Assembly: GCA_964625065.1 (NCBI GenBank) | Contig: CAZUZL010000005.1 | Location: forward strand, 2,072 to 66,071 | Reading direction: 5' to 3' | From: an uncultured Candidatus Saccharibacteria bacterium | Lineage (GTDB): Bacteria; Patescibacteriota; Minisyncoccia; Phycocordibacterales; UBA9973 | DNA length: 64,000 bases | In this document: piece after piece, positions 36,462 through 44,709 of the stretch | How positions within the stretch are numbered: the first letter of the stretch is position 1 | Layout of the letters: the number at the start of each line of letters is the position of its first letter | Program-made: the position numbers and the translations under genes | Notes under the pieces: model-generated | What the model saw: the letters and a program-made list of their open reading frames with translations, nothing else | The model's database searches: none | What the model was told of the DNA's origin: nothing

Positions 36462-36959
36462 TTATGACGAATTCGACCCAATTAGTTTTTTTAATGCATT
36501 GTGCGCTCGGAAAAGTTTTACTGATGCAAATGCGTTTGATATTTTAAGTATGCTAGCTATCTCAGGTATGCTCATGTCGTTGTGGTACCGCAGTATCAGT
36601 ATTTCGTGGTGTTCAGGGTGCAGGTCGGGTACTAGCCTTAGCATTTCAGGAATGGTTTCGTGGTCTGGCTGAACTGTGTCTGCTAAGTCGTAACCTTCTT
36701 CTACCATTTGGTCTAACGAAACTGACTTTTTCTTACGGTAGTAGTCTATAATGGCATTTCTGGCTATGCGGTATAGAAAGGCACGCATGTTACGCAGGGT
36801 AACATCGCCGTCTTTAATATACGACCATAGTTTAACAAAGGTTTCCTGAGTCAGGTCCAGTGCTTCGTTTCTGTCCGAGACTTTAAGGTATATAAATCGG
36901 AAAAGAGCATCTTTTTCTGACTCAAATAACGCCATATATTGTGTTTCTATATTTTTCAT
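36462..36959 (-). CDS. RNA polymerase ECF-type sigma factor (sigma-70 regions 2 and 4)
   Basis: Region 2 (LTQETFVKLWSY, RIARNAIIDYYRKK) and region 4 (LILRYHNDMSIPEIASILKISNAFASVKLFRAHNALKK). Confidence 0.85.
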   Translation of the reverse strand: MKNIETQYMALFESEKDALFRFIYLKVSDRNEALDLTQETFVKLWSYIKDGDVTLRNMRAFLYRIARNAIIDYYRKKKSVSLDQMVEEGYDLADTVQPDHETIPEMLRLVPDLHPEHHEILILRYHNDMSIPEIASILKISNAFASVKLFRAHNALKKLIGSNSS

Positions 36960-37105
36960 GGCTTTTGAGCTCGTTAATGATGACGTTTAAAGGCGACTTT
37001 TATTACAGTATTATAGCAGACCACAGTTTAAATAAAAAGGTGTAAAAATAAGGCAAAAACGCCTTGTTTATAGGCCTATAATGGAATATGTGGTATAGTG
37101 TGTAA

Positions 37106-38311
37106 ATGGAAAAGAAAATACTTATTATAGGGGGTGGTTTTGCTGGTGTAACTGCAGCCAGAGAAATGGCCAAAAAGTCGCCTAAATCGAACATAACCCT
37201 TATTTCAAATAAATCTTATTTTGAATACTACCCGGCGCTATACCGTATACTTTCAGGCATGTCGCCCATAGAAGTCTGTGTTCCGTTAGAAGACGTTTTA
37301 CCTGAAAACGTAACCATAGCCAAAGACACTGTTATAAAAATAAACCCAACTGAAAAAGAAGTTGAAGGTGGTTTAGGTTCGTACCAGTACGACGACTTGG
37401 TTCTGGCATTAGGTTCAGAAGTAAACTACTTTGGTATAAAAGACGCACCAACAAACACATACAGATTTGGCACAACAAACAGTGCTATAGAAATAAAAAA
37501 CAGAATGATAACATTGTTCGAAGAATACGCCAGTGGCGGTAAACAAGAACATAAACTACATGTAGTTATAGTAGGTGGTGGGCCAGTTGGTGTAGAACTT
37601 TCAGGTTCTTTGTCTGTGTTTATGCACCGCTTAGCTAGAAAGTATAATGTAGACCGTAGTGCCATGCAGATTACATTGGTAGATTCTGGCCCACGAGTTT
37701 TAGGCCGTTTTCCGGAACAAGTTTCAAAACATGTACAAAACCGTTTAGAAAAAATTGGCGTAAAGCTTTCTCTTGGATGTGCTATATCTGACATACAACA
37801 CCAGCAAGTTTGTTTACCAGCAGAAAACCTACTAGCAGACACAATAATATGGACAGCTGGTACAAAACCAAATTCGTTATACAAAGACATACCAGGTATA
37901 GTGTTAGATGAAAAAACAAAACGCGTTGTTGTCGACGAATTCCTTGGTGCACAGGGCCTACCTAACATATATGTAGTTGGCGACGGTGCTGCTACACCAA
38001 ATTCTGGTTTAGCACAGACTGCAATGTACGACGGTAAATATGTAGCAAACGTAATACTTGCTAGGGGAAAAAACACACCTGACAGAAAAATTAAAAAATA
38101 CAAAGTTCCTGTAACAGGGTACATAGTACCTGTTGGTATGGGCTGGGCGGCATTTGTTTATAAGAAATTCCGAATGTATGGTACTGTAGCGTTTATGTTA
38201 CGTTTAGCTGTAGACTTTGAATTTTTGTTCAGACTACTACCTTTGGCCAGAGTTCTGGACTTGTACTGGGAAGGTTTTCGCTACCGTGTAATAGAAATAA
38301 TAAAAAGATAG
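37106..38311 (+). CDS. ndh: Type II NADH dehydrogenase / FAD-dependent pyridine nucleotide-disulfide oxidoreductase
   Basis: Two Rossmann motifs: ILIIGGGFAGV and VVIVGGGPVGVE. Confidence 0.85.
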   Translation: MEKKILIIGGGFAGVTAAREMAKKSPKSNITLISNKSYFEYYPALYRILSGMSPIEVCVPLEDVLPENVTIAKDTVIKINPTEKEVEGGLGSYQYDDLVLALGSEVNYFGIKDAPTNTYRFGTTNSAIEIKNRMITLFEEYASGGKQEHKLHVVIVGGGPVGVELSGSLSVFMHRLARKYNVDRSAMQITLVDSGPRVLGRFPEQVSKHVQNRLEKIGVKLSLGCAISDIQHQQVCLPAENLLADTIIWTAGTKPNSLYKDIPGIVLDEKTKRVVVDEFLGAQGLPNIYVVGDGAATPNSGLAQTAMYDGKYVANVILARGKNTPDRKIKKYKVPVTGYIVPVGMGWAAFVYKKFRMYGTVAFMLRLAVDFEFLFRLLPLARVLDLYWEGFRYRVIEIIKR

Positions 38312-38326
38312 TTCAGAATTTATAAT

Positions 38327-39187
38327 ATGAAAAACAACTACACTAATTCAAATAAAAGTATTATATCAGAAAAAGATTCTGGTGCAGTTTCAAAACAACA
38401 AGATGGTTCTGTACTACCTACTTCATGGAACCCGGTTTCTACTTGGTACGACGAATACCTACAAAAATCTAATACACTACAGAGCGAAGTTATATTACCA
38501 AACCTATTACGTATGTTAGGTATCAAAAAAGGCGACAGTATACTGGACGTAGCCTGTGGCCAGGGTTATTTTACAGAACGTTTTGCACAACTTGGCGCAA
38601 ATGTATACGGCACAGATATATCTAAGGAACTTGTTGCCATTGTAGAAAAAAATGCCAAGAAACAAAACCTAAATATAAACTACCGCATACTACCAGCACA
38701 CAAGGCACCACACCTACCAGACATGCGCGTAGAAACTATTACAGTTGTATTAGCTTTTGAAAACATAGAAAACATTGCCGACACATTAACCGAAATGAAC
38801 CGTGTGTTAGTTCCAGGTGGCCGTGTGTTGATAGTGCTTATGCACCCAGCTTTTCGTGTACCACAGGAAAGTTCTTGGGGTTATGACACTGAACGTAATG
38901 TACAGTACCGCACAGTAGAACGCTATTTGTCTGAAGCAACATATAAAATAGACATGCACCCAGGCAAAGGCGGTAAAAAACATATTTCAACAGGGGACAT
39001 AACACTTTCATTCCACCGTTCAATGCAGTGGTATATGAAGCATTTTGCCAAGGCTGGTTTTGTAATGTCACGTTTAGAAGAATGGATATCACACAAGGAA
39101 AGCAATGTTGGTCCACGCAAACTTGCCGAAGACCGCGCCCGCAAAGAAATACCAATGTTTATGTGTGTAGAACTGAAGAAGATCTAA
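38327..39187 (+). CDS. Class I SAM-dependent methyltransferase
   Basis: Motif I ILDVACGQGYF; post-I DIS; motif II VLVPGGRVLI. Confidence 0.8.
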   Translation: MKNNYTNSNKSIISEKDSGAVSKQQDGSVLPTSWNPVSTWYDEYLQKSNTLQSEVILPNLLRMLGIKKGDSILDVACGQGYFTERFAQLGANVYGTDISKELVAIVEKNAKKQNLNINYRILPAHKAPHLPDMRVETITVVLAFENIENIADTLTEMNRVLVPGGRVLIVLMHPAFRVPQESSWGYDTERNVQYRTVERYLSEATYKIDMHPGKGGKKHISTGDITLSFHRSMQWYMKHFAKAGFVMSRLEEWISHKESNVGPRKLAEDRARKEIPMFMCVELKKI

Positions 39188-39221
39188 TAACTAAAACTCC
39201 TGAGAAATCAGGGGTTTTCGT

Positions 39222-39250
39222 TTGACAAAATGTAATAATGGGTGTATAGT
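39222..39250 (+). promoter_or_regulatory. Island promoter motif TTTGACAA-N17-TATAGT (copy upstream of ORF 39274)
   Basis: TTGACA at 39222-39227, 17-nt spacer, TATAGT at 39245-39250. Related copies are at 40344-40373, 39728-39753 and 43569-43599. Confidence 0.45.
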
Positions 39251-39273
39251 AAACTTCTAAAAAAGTTCTTAAA

Positions 39274-39672
39274 ATGAAAAAGTTTACTACATTCCTATTG
39301 TCCGCAACATTATTTGCGTTAGTTTTACTTCCGGTTGTTTCGGTTCATGCCCAGAAATCTTCCAATGTATGTGTGGATTCCACATTCCAACTTGTACGTA
39401 TCGACGATCGAATTTTCGAAATTATTATAAACACTAGTGTAGCCACTAATACCATTTCTGATTACGAAAAAAAGTTTGTAGTTATCAGTGACACACTTGA
39501 TGCTGCAGAGATTCGAAAAGATTGGGGAACATACTATGATTCAAAAAAACAATTAGCACTCATGATGGATGAACTAAATGCATTATTAATCGACATGAAT
39601 AATCAAAAGAAAGAAATGTTGTCTTTGTATGATCGACGGAACTATCTAATTGCTTGGTTGCATCATAAATAA
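39274..39672 (+). CDS. Hypothetical secreted protein (132 aa)
   Basis: Signal peptide MKKFTTFLLSATLFALVLLPVVSVHA; AT-rich island. Confidence 0.4.
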   Translation: MKKFTTFLLSATLFALVLLPVVSVHAQKSSNVCVDSTFQLVRIDDRIFEIIINTSVATNTISDYEKKFVVISDTLDAAEIRKDWGTYYDSKKQLALMMDELNALLIDMNNQKKEMLSLYDRRNYLIAWLHHK

Positions 39673-39776
39673 TAAAACAATGTTGAGTTTTTTAAAGCCT
39701 TTGTATTTAATATGAAGGCTTTTTAGTTTGACAAAATCTGTAAAAAATATAGTCTGAATGTAGATTAAACTATATT

Positions 39777-40208
39777 TTGCACATGAAGAAGCATAAATAC
39801 CCTCGTGAAATGGTGGACATAATTGTGGCTGATAAAGATTATTTTTTGTTGTTTTTTGCAAGTTTGTATTTAAAAACAAACGATATATTTTATTTACCAA
39901 AACTAAGGAAAAATGGTGACTACACCATGAAGTGTCCGATACATAAGGAAAGAACCCCATCACTAAGAATAAATGCAAAAACTAATTTATTCAAATGTTT
40001 TGGTTGTGGCCGTTCAGGTAGTAACATACACCTTATTGAGGAAGTTAATAAAATTTCGTTTGTGCAGGCAATACGATATGCCATACAACTAAAAACACCA
40101 CAGCAAAAAGTAGACTTGAACCAAACTAAAATAATATTTAGTTCTGCTGAAAAAGACTACCCACAAAAAGAATCAGATCCGGATGACAATTACGATCTGC
40201 CATTTTAA
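39777..40208 (+). CDS. Stand-alone DNA-primase-type CHC2 zinc-finger protein (no TOPRIM or primase catalytic domain)
   Basis: CPIHKERTPSLRINAKTNLFKCFGCGRSGSNIHLIEEVNKISFVQAI matches the DnaG zf-CHC2 region (compare the window's own dna[31 protein letters not shown]). The true start may be the internal MKCPIH. Confidence 0.55.
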   Translation: MHMKKHKYPREMVDIIVADKDYFLLFFASLYLKTNDIFYLPKLRKNGDYTMKCPIHKERTPSLRINAKTNLFKCFGCGRSGSNIHLIEEVNKISFVQAIRYAIQLKTPQQKVDLNQTKIIFSSAEKDYPQKESDPDDNYDLPF

Positions 40209-40238
40209 AAACCCGAACACTAGTGCTCGGGTTTTACA
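40209..40238 (+). terminator. Rho-independent terminator
   Basis: aaaacccgaacactagtgctcgggtttt. Confidence 0.6.
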
Positions 40239-40343
40239 TTATTGCGAATCCTTAGTCGTGGGATTGCCGTTTATGTTCTAATGGCGACAAGGAGCAATAT
40301 CTGGATACTATCAATAATTTTAAAGTAAATCAATGTGCAGTGT

Positions 40344-40373
40344 TTGACAACTCTATGAATATTTTTGTATAGT
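40344..40373 (+). promoter_or_regulatory. Island promoter motif TTGACA-N18-TATAGT upstream of ORF 40398
   Basis: TTGACA at 40344-40349 and TATAGT at 40368-40373. Confidence 0.4.
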
Positions 40374-40397
40374 GAAATCTAACAAAAGTTCTGTGTT

Positions 40398-40925
40398 ATG
40401 AATCTAAATAGGAAAGCACCCGGCACTGAAAAGTTTACTTGTTTTGAAATAGTCGACAGGCGTTTCGACATAGTAAAAAATGAAATCACCACTTCTCTTA
40501 GTCTATACGAAGAAAGCTTTGATTTTAAGAATGACATTAGCTGTAAAAAGCCTCTAACTAAAATACTGAAAAATTTTAGTCGGCGGTTCTACCCAAATCA
40601 GGCATTAAGTATTGATACATATGAAAGTTTCAAATACTTGTTTCTGATTTCTGAAGTCAATTATTTTTACGTAACACTATGTTTAAAATTGGATTTAAAC
40701 AACAACCCAACTTTAAACATTTACCAAGCGTTCAACAGTGGTAAGCCATTTATTTTCGAGGAAGAAAAGCCGATTTTTAAGGCTTTTAACTACGAATATG
40801 GGTATTTTTTTAACCCGTATGAATTAAAATTTGAAGTCAGGGAGGCCGAAAATTTAAAGCTACCTGAAGACTTAGAAAAGTTGTGCGTACCACTGATTAC
40901 CAAGGTTAAATCTTTGGTAAATTAA
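40398..40925 (+). CDS. Hypothetical protein (175 aa)
   Basis: ORF in the AT-rich island with a promoter motif upstream; no recognisable domain. Confidence 0.35.
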   Translation: MNLNRKAPGTEKFTCFEIVDRRFDIVKNEITTSLSLYEESFDFKNDISCKKPLTKILKNFSRRFYPNQALSIDTYESFKYLFLISEVNYFYVTLCLKLDLNNNPTLNIYQAFNSGKPFIFEEEKPIFKAFNYEYGYFFNPYELKFEVREAENLKLPEDLEKLCVPLITKVKSLVN

Positions 40926-40976
40926 ATTTTTAAAATCTAGAACAAGAACGCCAGCAGTTTTAATTGCAGGTGTTTT

Positions 40977-41585
40977 TTATTTTTCAGAAAGTTTTTTCAA
41001 TATTTTTGGTATTTGTTTAAAATCTTTCAGTAGTATTGCACGCATACCACCGTTATATAGTGCAGCAGCAGGGTGGTATAGGGGTAGAAAATGTGTGGTT
41101 TTAAGTTCTGTAATTACTGAAGTATTTTCTGTGCCTTTATATTTTTCAGTATCTATTATTTTACCGTGTGCATCAGATATACTAAGTTCCGGAAAAAAGC
41201 TGTTCAATGCATGTCTACCTAAAAACACAATTACGTCTGGTTTAATGTAATTTAGTTCGGCAACTAACCATGCACGGCATTGTTGTTTTTCGGTGGGTGT
41301 TGGGTCGCGGTTCTCGGGTGGGCGGTATTTAACTGTGTTGGTTATGTATACATCGGCCCGGTCCATTTTTATAGACTGCAACATTTCTGCTAAAAACTTG
41401 CCCGCAGCACCGACAAAAGGCACACCTGTTTCGTCTTCTTTTTTACCTGGGGCTTCGCCTATAAAAACCACGCGTGCCTTTGGGTTACCGTTACCAAACA
41501 CAGCTTGTTTAGCTGTGTTTTTTAGTTCGCATTCGCAAACGCTGTCGTAATATGTGTGTAGTTTATGTAGTGTAGTAAACTGCAT
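40977..41585 (-). CDS. Uracil-DNA glycosylase, family 4
   Basis: GEAPG motif (VVFIGEAPGKKEDETGVPFVGAAGKFL) and C-terminal HPAAALYN. Confidence 0.85.
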   Translation of the reverse strand: MQFTTLHKLHTYYDSVCECELKNTAKQAVFGNGNPKARVVFIGEAPGKKEDETGVPFVGAAGKFLAEMLQSIKMDRADVYITNTVKYRPPENRDPTPTEKQQCRAWLVAELNYIKPDVIVFLGRHALNSFFPELSISDAHGKIIDTEKYKGTENTSVITELKTTHFLPLYHPAAALYNGGMRAILLKDFKQIPKILKKLSEK

Positions 41586-41679
41586 AGGGTAATTATAGCA
41601 TTATAAAACAATGGTTTTAATGTATTGACTATAAGGCATAAATATGCTATAATGGAAGGAAGTTTACAGTTATTTGAAA

Positions 41680-41760
41680 ATAGTAAATTGTTGTGATTAG
41701 TTTGTCCAAGTCTCTATATTATTGGGTATTTGGACAAACTAATCAATTAAACAACAATTT
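41680..41760. repeat. Long imperfect inverted repeat (MITE-like or operator-like) upstream of ORF 41775
   Basis: gattagtttgtccaa at 41695-41709 pairs perfectly with ttggacaaactaatc at 41730-41744. The flanks (aaattgttgtg / caattaaacaacaattt) extend the repeat imperfectly. Confidence 0.5.
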
Positions 41761-41774
41761 AAATTAACCACAAA

Positions 41775-43505
41775 ATGAAAAGTTTTACTTACCTACTTCG
41801 AGGATTTACATGTCTTTGGATTGTATTCGCTGGCAACAGTGTCTTAGCACAAGGTGCTGTAAAAGATACATTTGATTTTTATCAATATGATTCTTTTAAG
41901 CACAATGATTCTATAGATTTTATCGGTTTTCCGATACTTGAAAACAGTGATGGAAGCTATTCAAAATTAGTTTCCTATGGGATGAATAGGGATAAATACC
42001 TTTTTCGTTATGATTCAACAATGCAATTTCTTGACTCAACTGTGATAGAAAACTATGAAGCGGGATCAAATTATAGAGTTGGAGGCATAACCTATATGAA
42101 AAGAAACACCATAGGTTACTTGATCACTAACATGATAGGTATATATCAATATGATTCTTCTAATCAGATTGTTTGGAAAATATTTTTGAATTATAATCTT
42201 GAATCAGTCACAACTACACCAAATGGGTATGCTGTGATTGGAACAAAGGTTTCGTCTTGGGGAAATACGGGCTGGGGGACTAATATGGATACATTGTGTA
42301 AAATAGTTAGCCATATTAGTTTTTCCGGCAACCTACTTTGGGAGCAGAAATATAGAGTTCTGATTGATACACCAATCAATTATTACGGCTGGTATGAAGA
42401 TGGAATTATCTATAATCAAAATAAAATTTATTTTGCCTACATGGATTCAACTGAACAAAGATCAAATACATGGACCCCATCTTCAGTGGTAGTAAAAATC
42501 GATTTGTCTGGAAATACAGTTTGGCAAAAACACATAGATATTTCTGCTGGAACTTTCAAAAAAAATTCCAAAGGCATTTTCCTTTTTGGAAACGAAGAGG
42601 ACACCACAAATACGTATAGTACATACCGCATGTATAAATTAGACACCAGTAATGGCAATGTTAATTTATATTTGAGGTATCCTAATTGGGGCGGGTTATT
42701 TCATTATCATGATACTTTATGGCTACGTGTAATAAGACAAAATTACTGGGTTGCTGCCCAAAATAAAACAATCATTACAATAGAAATAATTAATATTTTG
42801 GGTGTCGATAGTGTTCAGTTGTATTATACATCAGATTATGTAAAGTTAACCGATACAACTATTAATCCTTATGGTCCGTACCCTATTTACATGGATTCAA
42901 AAGAAAACTTACTTACTAGTCTATTTGTAACAAAACACTTAAATTATTATTCGGAACTCATAGGAACTATTTTTTGTAAATTTGTTCTAAGAAAGGACAC
43001 CGTTAGTGTTCTGCCTATTAAACTTATAACATTCACTGGAATGTTACGGGGTGATGATGTTCAATTAAACTGGACTACTGCCACTGAAACAAATAACGAT
43101 TATTTTGAAGTGGAGAAGAGCCTCGATGGTAAAAGTTTTACTAAGATAGGTTTTGTAAAAGGTGCAGGCAACAGTATGAATGTTCAGAAATACAATTACA
43201 TTGATGTATCTGCAAACAATGAAGTTTTGTACTACAGACTAAAACAAGTTGACTATGATGGAAATTTTTCTTATAGCAATATTGTTGTTGTAAAACAAAA
43301 TAAAAGTTCTGTTAAACTGTACCCAAACCCATTCGAAAACCACGTTACTGTTTATGGTCATGGCGACATTGTAATTACCGACATACTTGGAAAAATTTAT
43401 TTTTCTGGCACTGTCGGCAATGTGCAAACCATAGACTGGCCTACTGGTGTGTATTTGGTTCAGTGTATGATTAACGGGGAAGTAAAAAAGATTGTTAAAA
43501 ACTAA
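41775..43505 (+). CDS. Secreted protein with a Bacteroidetes-type T9SS (Por) C-terminal sorting domain
   Basis: Signal peptide. C-terminus reads ...VKLYPNPFENHVTVYGHGDIVITDILGKIYFSGTVGNVQTIDWPTGVYLVQCMINGEVKKIVKN, the Por_Secre_tail signature. Confidence 0.75.
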   Translation: MKSFTYLLRGFTCLWIVFAGNSVLAQGAVKDTFDFYQYDSFKHNDSIDFIGFPILENSDGSYSKLVSYGMNRDKYLFRYDSTMQFLDSTVIENYEAGSNYRVGGITYMKRNTIGYLITNMIGIYQYDSSNQIVWKIFLNYNLESVTTTPNGYAVIGTKVSSWGNTGWGTNMDTLCKIVSHISFSGNLLWEQKYRVLIDTPINYYGWYEDGIIYNQNKIYFAYMDSTEQRSNTWTPSSVVVKIDLSGNTVWQKHIDISAGTFKKNSKGIFLFGNEEDTTNTYSTYRMYKLDTSNGNVNLYLRYPNWGGLFHYHDTLWLRVIRQNYWVAAQNKTIITIEIINILGVDSVQLYYTSDYVKLTDTTINPYGPYPIYMDSKENLLTSLFVTKHLNYYSELIGTIFCKFVLRKDTVSVLPIKLITFTGMLRGDDVQLNWTTATETNNDYFEVEKSLDGKSFTKIGFVKGAGNSMNVQKYNYIDVSANNEVLYYRLKQVDYDGNFSYSNIVVVKQNKSSVKLYPNPFENHVTVYGHGDIVITDILGKIYFSGTVGNVQTIDWPTGVYLVQCMINGEVKKIVKN

Positions 43506-43523
43506 ATATAAAATTTAGTAATA

Positions 43524-43556
43524 AAGCCTGATCGTAATTGACCAGGCTTTTTTTGT
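43524..43556 (+). terminator. Rho-independent terminator
   Basis: agcctgatcgtaattgaccaggct followed by ttttttg. Confidence 0.55.
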
Positions 43557-43637
43557 GTAAAATAAACTTTGACAAACATGTCTAATATATGATATAAAAT
43601 AATAAATATAAATTTTTTCACTTCTAATTTTACTACC

Positions 43638-44015
43638 ATGAAAATATTAATTTCTTTATTTTTTGTAATTATGTTGGCCATTAGTCCACTGTCTGTAAAG
43701 GCACAATGTGGGTTCCGATTTTCAGAATACATATTAAACGAAAACACTGCACCTGTTGCAGTTGATCAAGTTAGTACTACTTTCAATCCAGAAGTTTTGT
43801 ATACACAGTCAATTTCTGTGTACCCAAACCCTTTTGCGGACAAACTTTTCATTACTACTGATAAAGAGCAGTCAGTTATAATTACTGATGTAACAGGGAA
43901 ATGTGTTTTCAGTGGTACAGTCAATAATACAGCACTAAACACAAGTCTATGGACTTCGGGTCTGTATATAATCCGTAGCACAGACGGTAGAGTACAAAAG
44001 TTCTTAAAAGAATAA
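43638..44015 (+). CDS. Small secreted protein with a T9SS C-terminal sorting domain
   Basis: Signal peptide, then ISVYPNPFADKLFITTDKEQSVIITDVTGKCVFSGTV...SGLYIIRSTDGRVQKFLK. Confidence 0.7.
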   Translation: MKILISLFFVIMLAISPLSVKAQCGFRFSEYILNENTAPVAVDQVSTTFNPEVLYTQSISVYPNPFADKLFITTDKEQSVIITDVTGKCVFSGTVNNTALNTSLWTSGLYIIRSTDGRVQKFLKE

Positions 44016-44035
44016 TTCTACATTAGTGTGAATTT

Positions 44036-44068
44036 AAAAACCGCTTATATAATATAATGCGGTTTTTT
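44036..44068 (+). terminator. Rho-independent terminator
   Basis: aaaaaccgcttatataatataatgcggtttttt. Confidence 0.6.
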
Positions 44069-44204
44069 GTATACCTGTGGATAACCCAGAGGTTTAACCT
44101 CTGTGAAAAAGAGGTTGTGCCATGCCCTGTAGTGAAATTTTATTACCATTAAACTTAAAAAAGCGATACTTTCAAAAATTTCTACTACGGGGTATAATAC
44201 CCCC

Positions 44205-44435
44205 ATGTCTATGTTAAAGAATTTTTTGATGAAGAAGATGCTGAAAAGCCAGTTAAAAGGCATTCCAGAAGCGGAGCAAGACCGTATTATTACTATGGTT
44301 ACAGAAAACCCTGAATTATTCGAGAAAATAGGTAAAGAAGTCCAAGAAAAGGTAAAAGGTGGCATGAACCAAATGGAAGCCACCAAGCGTGTAATGGACA
44401 AATATAAGTCGGAAATTGAGAAAGTAATGAAATAG
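44205..44435 (+). CDS. Hypothetical small K/E-rich protein (76 aa), probably leaderless
   Basis: TATAAT at 44193-44198 lies 6 nt before the ATG. The stop codon overlaps repeat-family-2 copy A. Confidence 0.4.
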   Translation: MSMLKNFLMKKMLKSQLKGIPEAEQDRIITMVTENPELFEKIGKEVQEKVKGGMNQMEATKRVMDKYKSEIEKVMK

Positions 44436-44483
44436 TCACCACCCCGTCACCGGAGTGCCACCCCTCCTCCACAAGGAGGGGAT
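44433..44483 (+). repeat. Repeat family 2, copy A (~50 bp, contains the hairpin cccctcc-tccacaa-ggagggg)
   Basis: tagtcaccaccccgtcaccggagtgccacccctcctccacaaggagggga. A near-identical inverted copy is at 62718-62767 and a diverged direct copy at 62772-62817. Confidence 0.7.
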
Positions 44484-44709
44484 AAAAACCTTGACTTTGT
44501 TGGGGTTTTTTGCTAGGGTAATGGGGATTGAAGCGATTGAGTTACGGGTGGGCAATCAATCTTTATTAGCAATACAATATATTTATTTTGCTATCTTTCA
44601 TGTCTTTGGGGGGAATTAAATAATTTTAACGAAGGTGCTTTGTATTTATACAAGCGCCGGAATTTTTATTTTTAATTTTTTGCACAGGTTTGGTAGGTAG
44701 AATATTATT

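Noticed and set aside
39200-44100. Interpreting the whole contig as Bacteroidetes because of the T9SS C-terminal domains
   Set aside because: Backbone genes argue against this: secD and secF are separate (they are fused in Bacteroidetes), rpoB and rpoC are compact, and the ribosomal and operon context does not resemble the FCB group. Horizontal acquisition or mis-assembly fits better.
44680-44709. Promoter TTGCAC-N17-TATTAT ending 1 nt before the rpoB ATG
   Set aside because: A -10 box abutting the start codon would place the transcription start inside the ORF. The real promoter is more likely further upstream, near the family-2 repeat.
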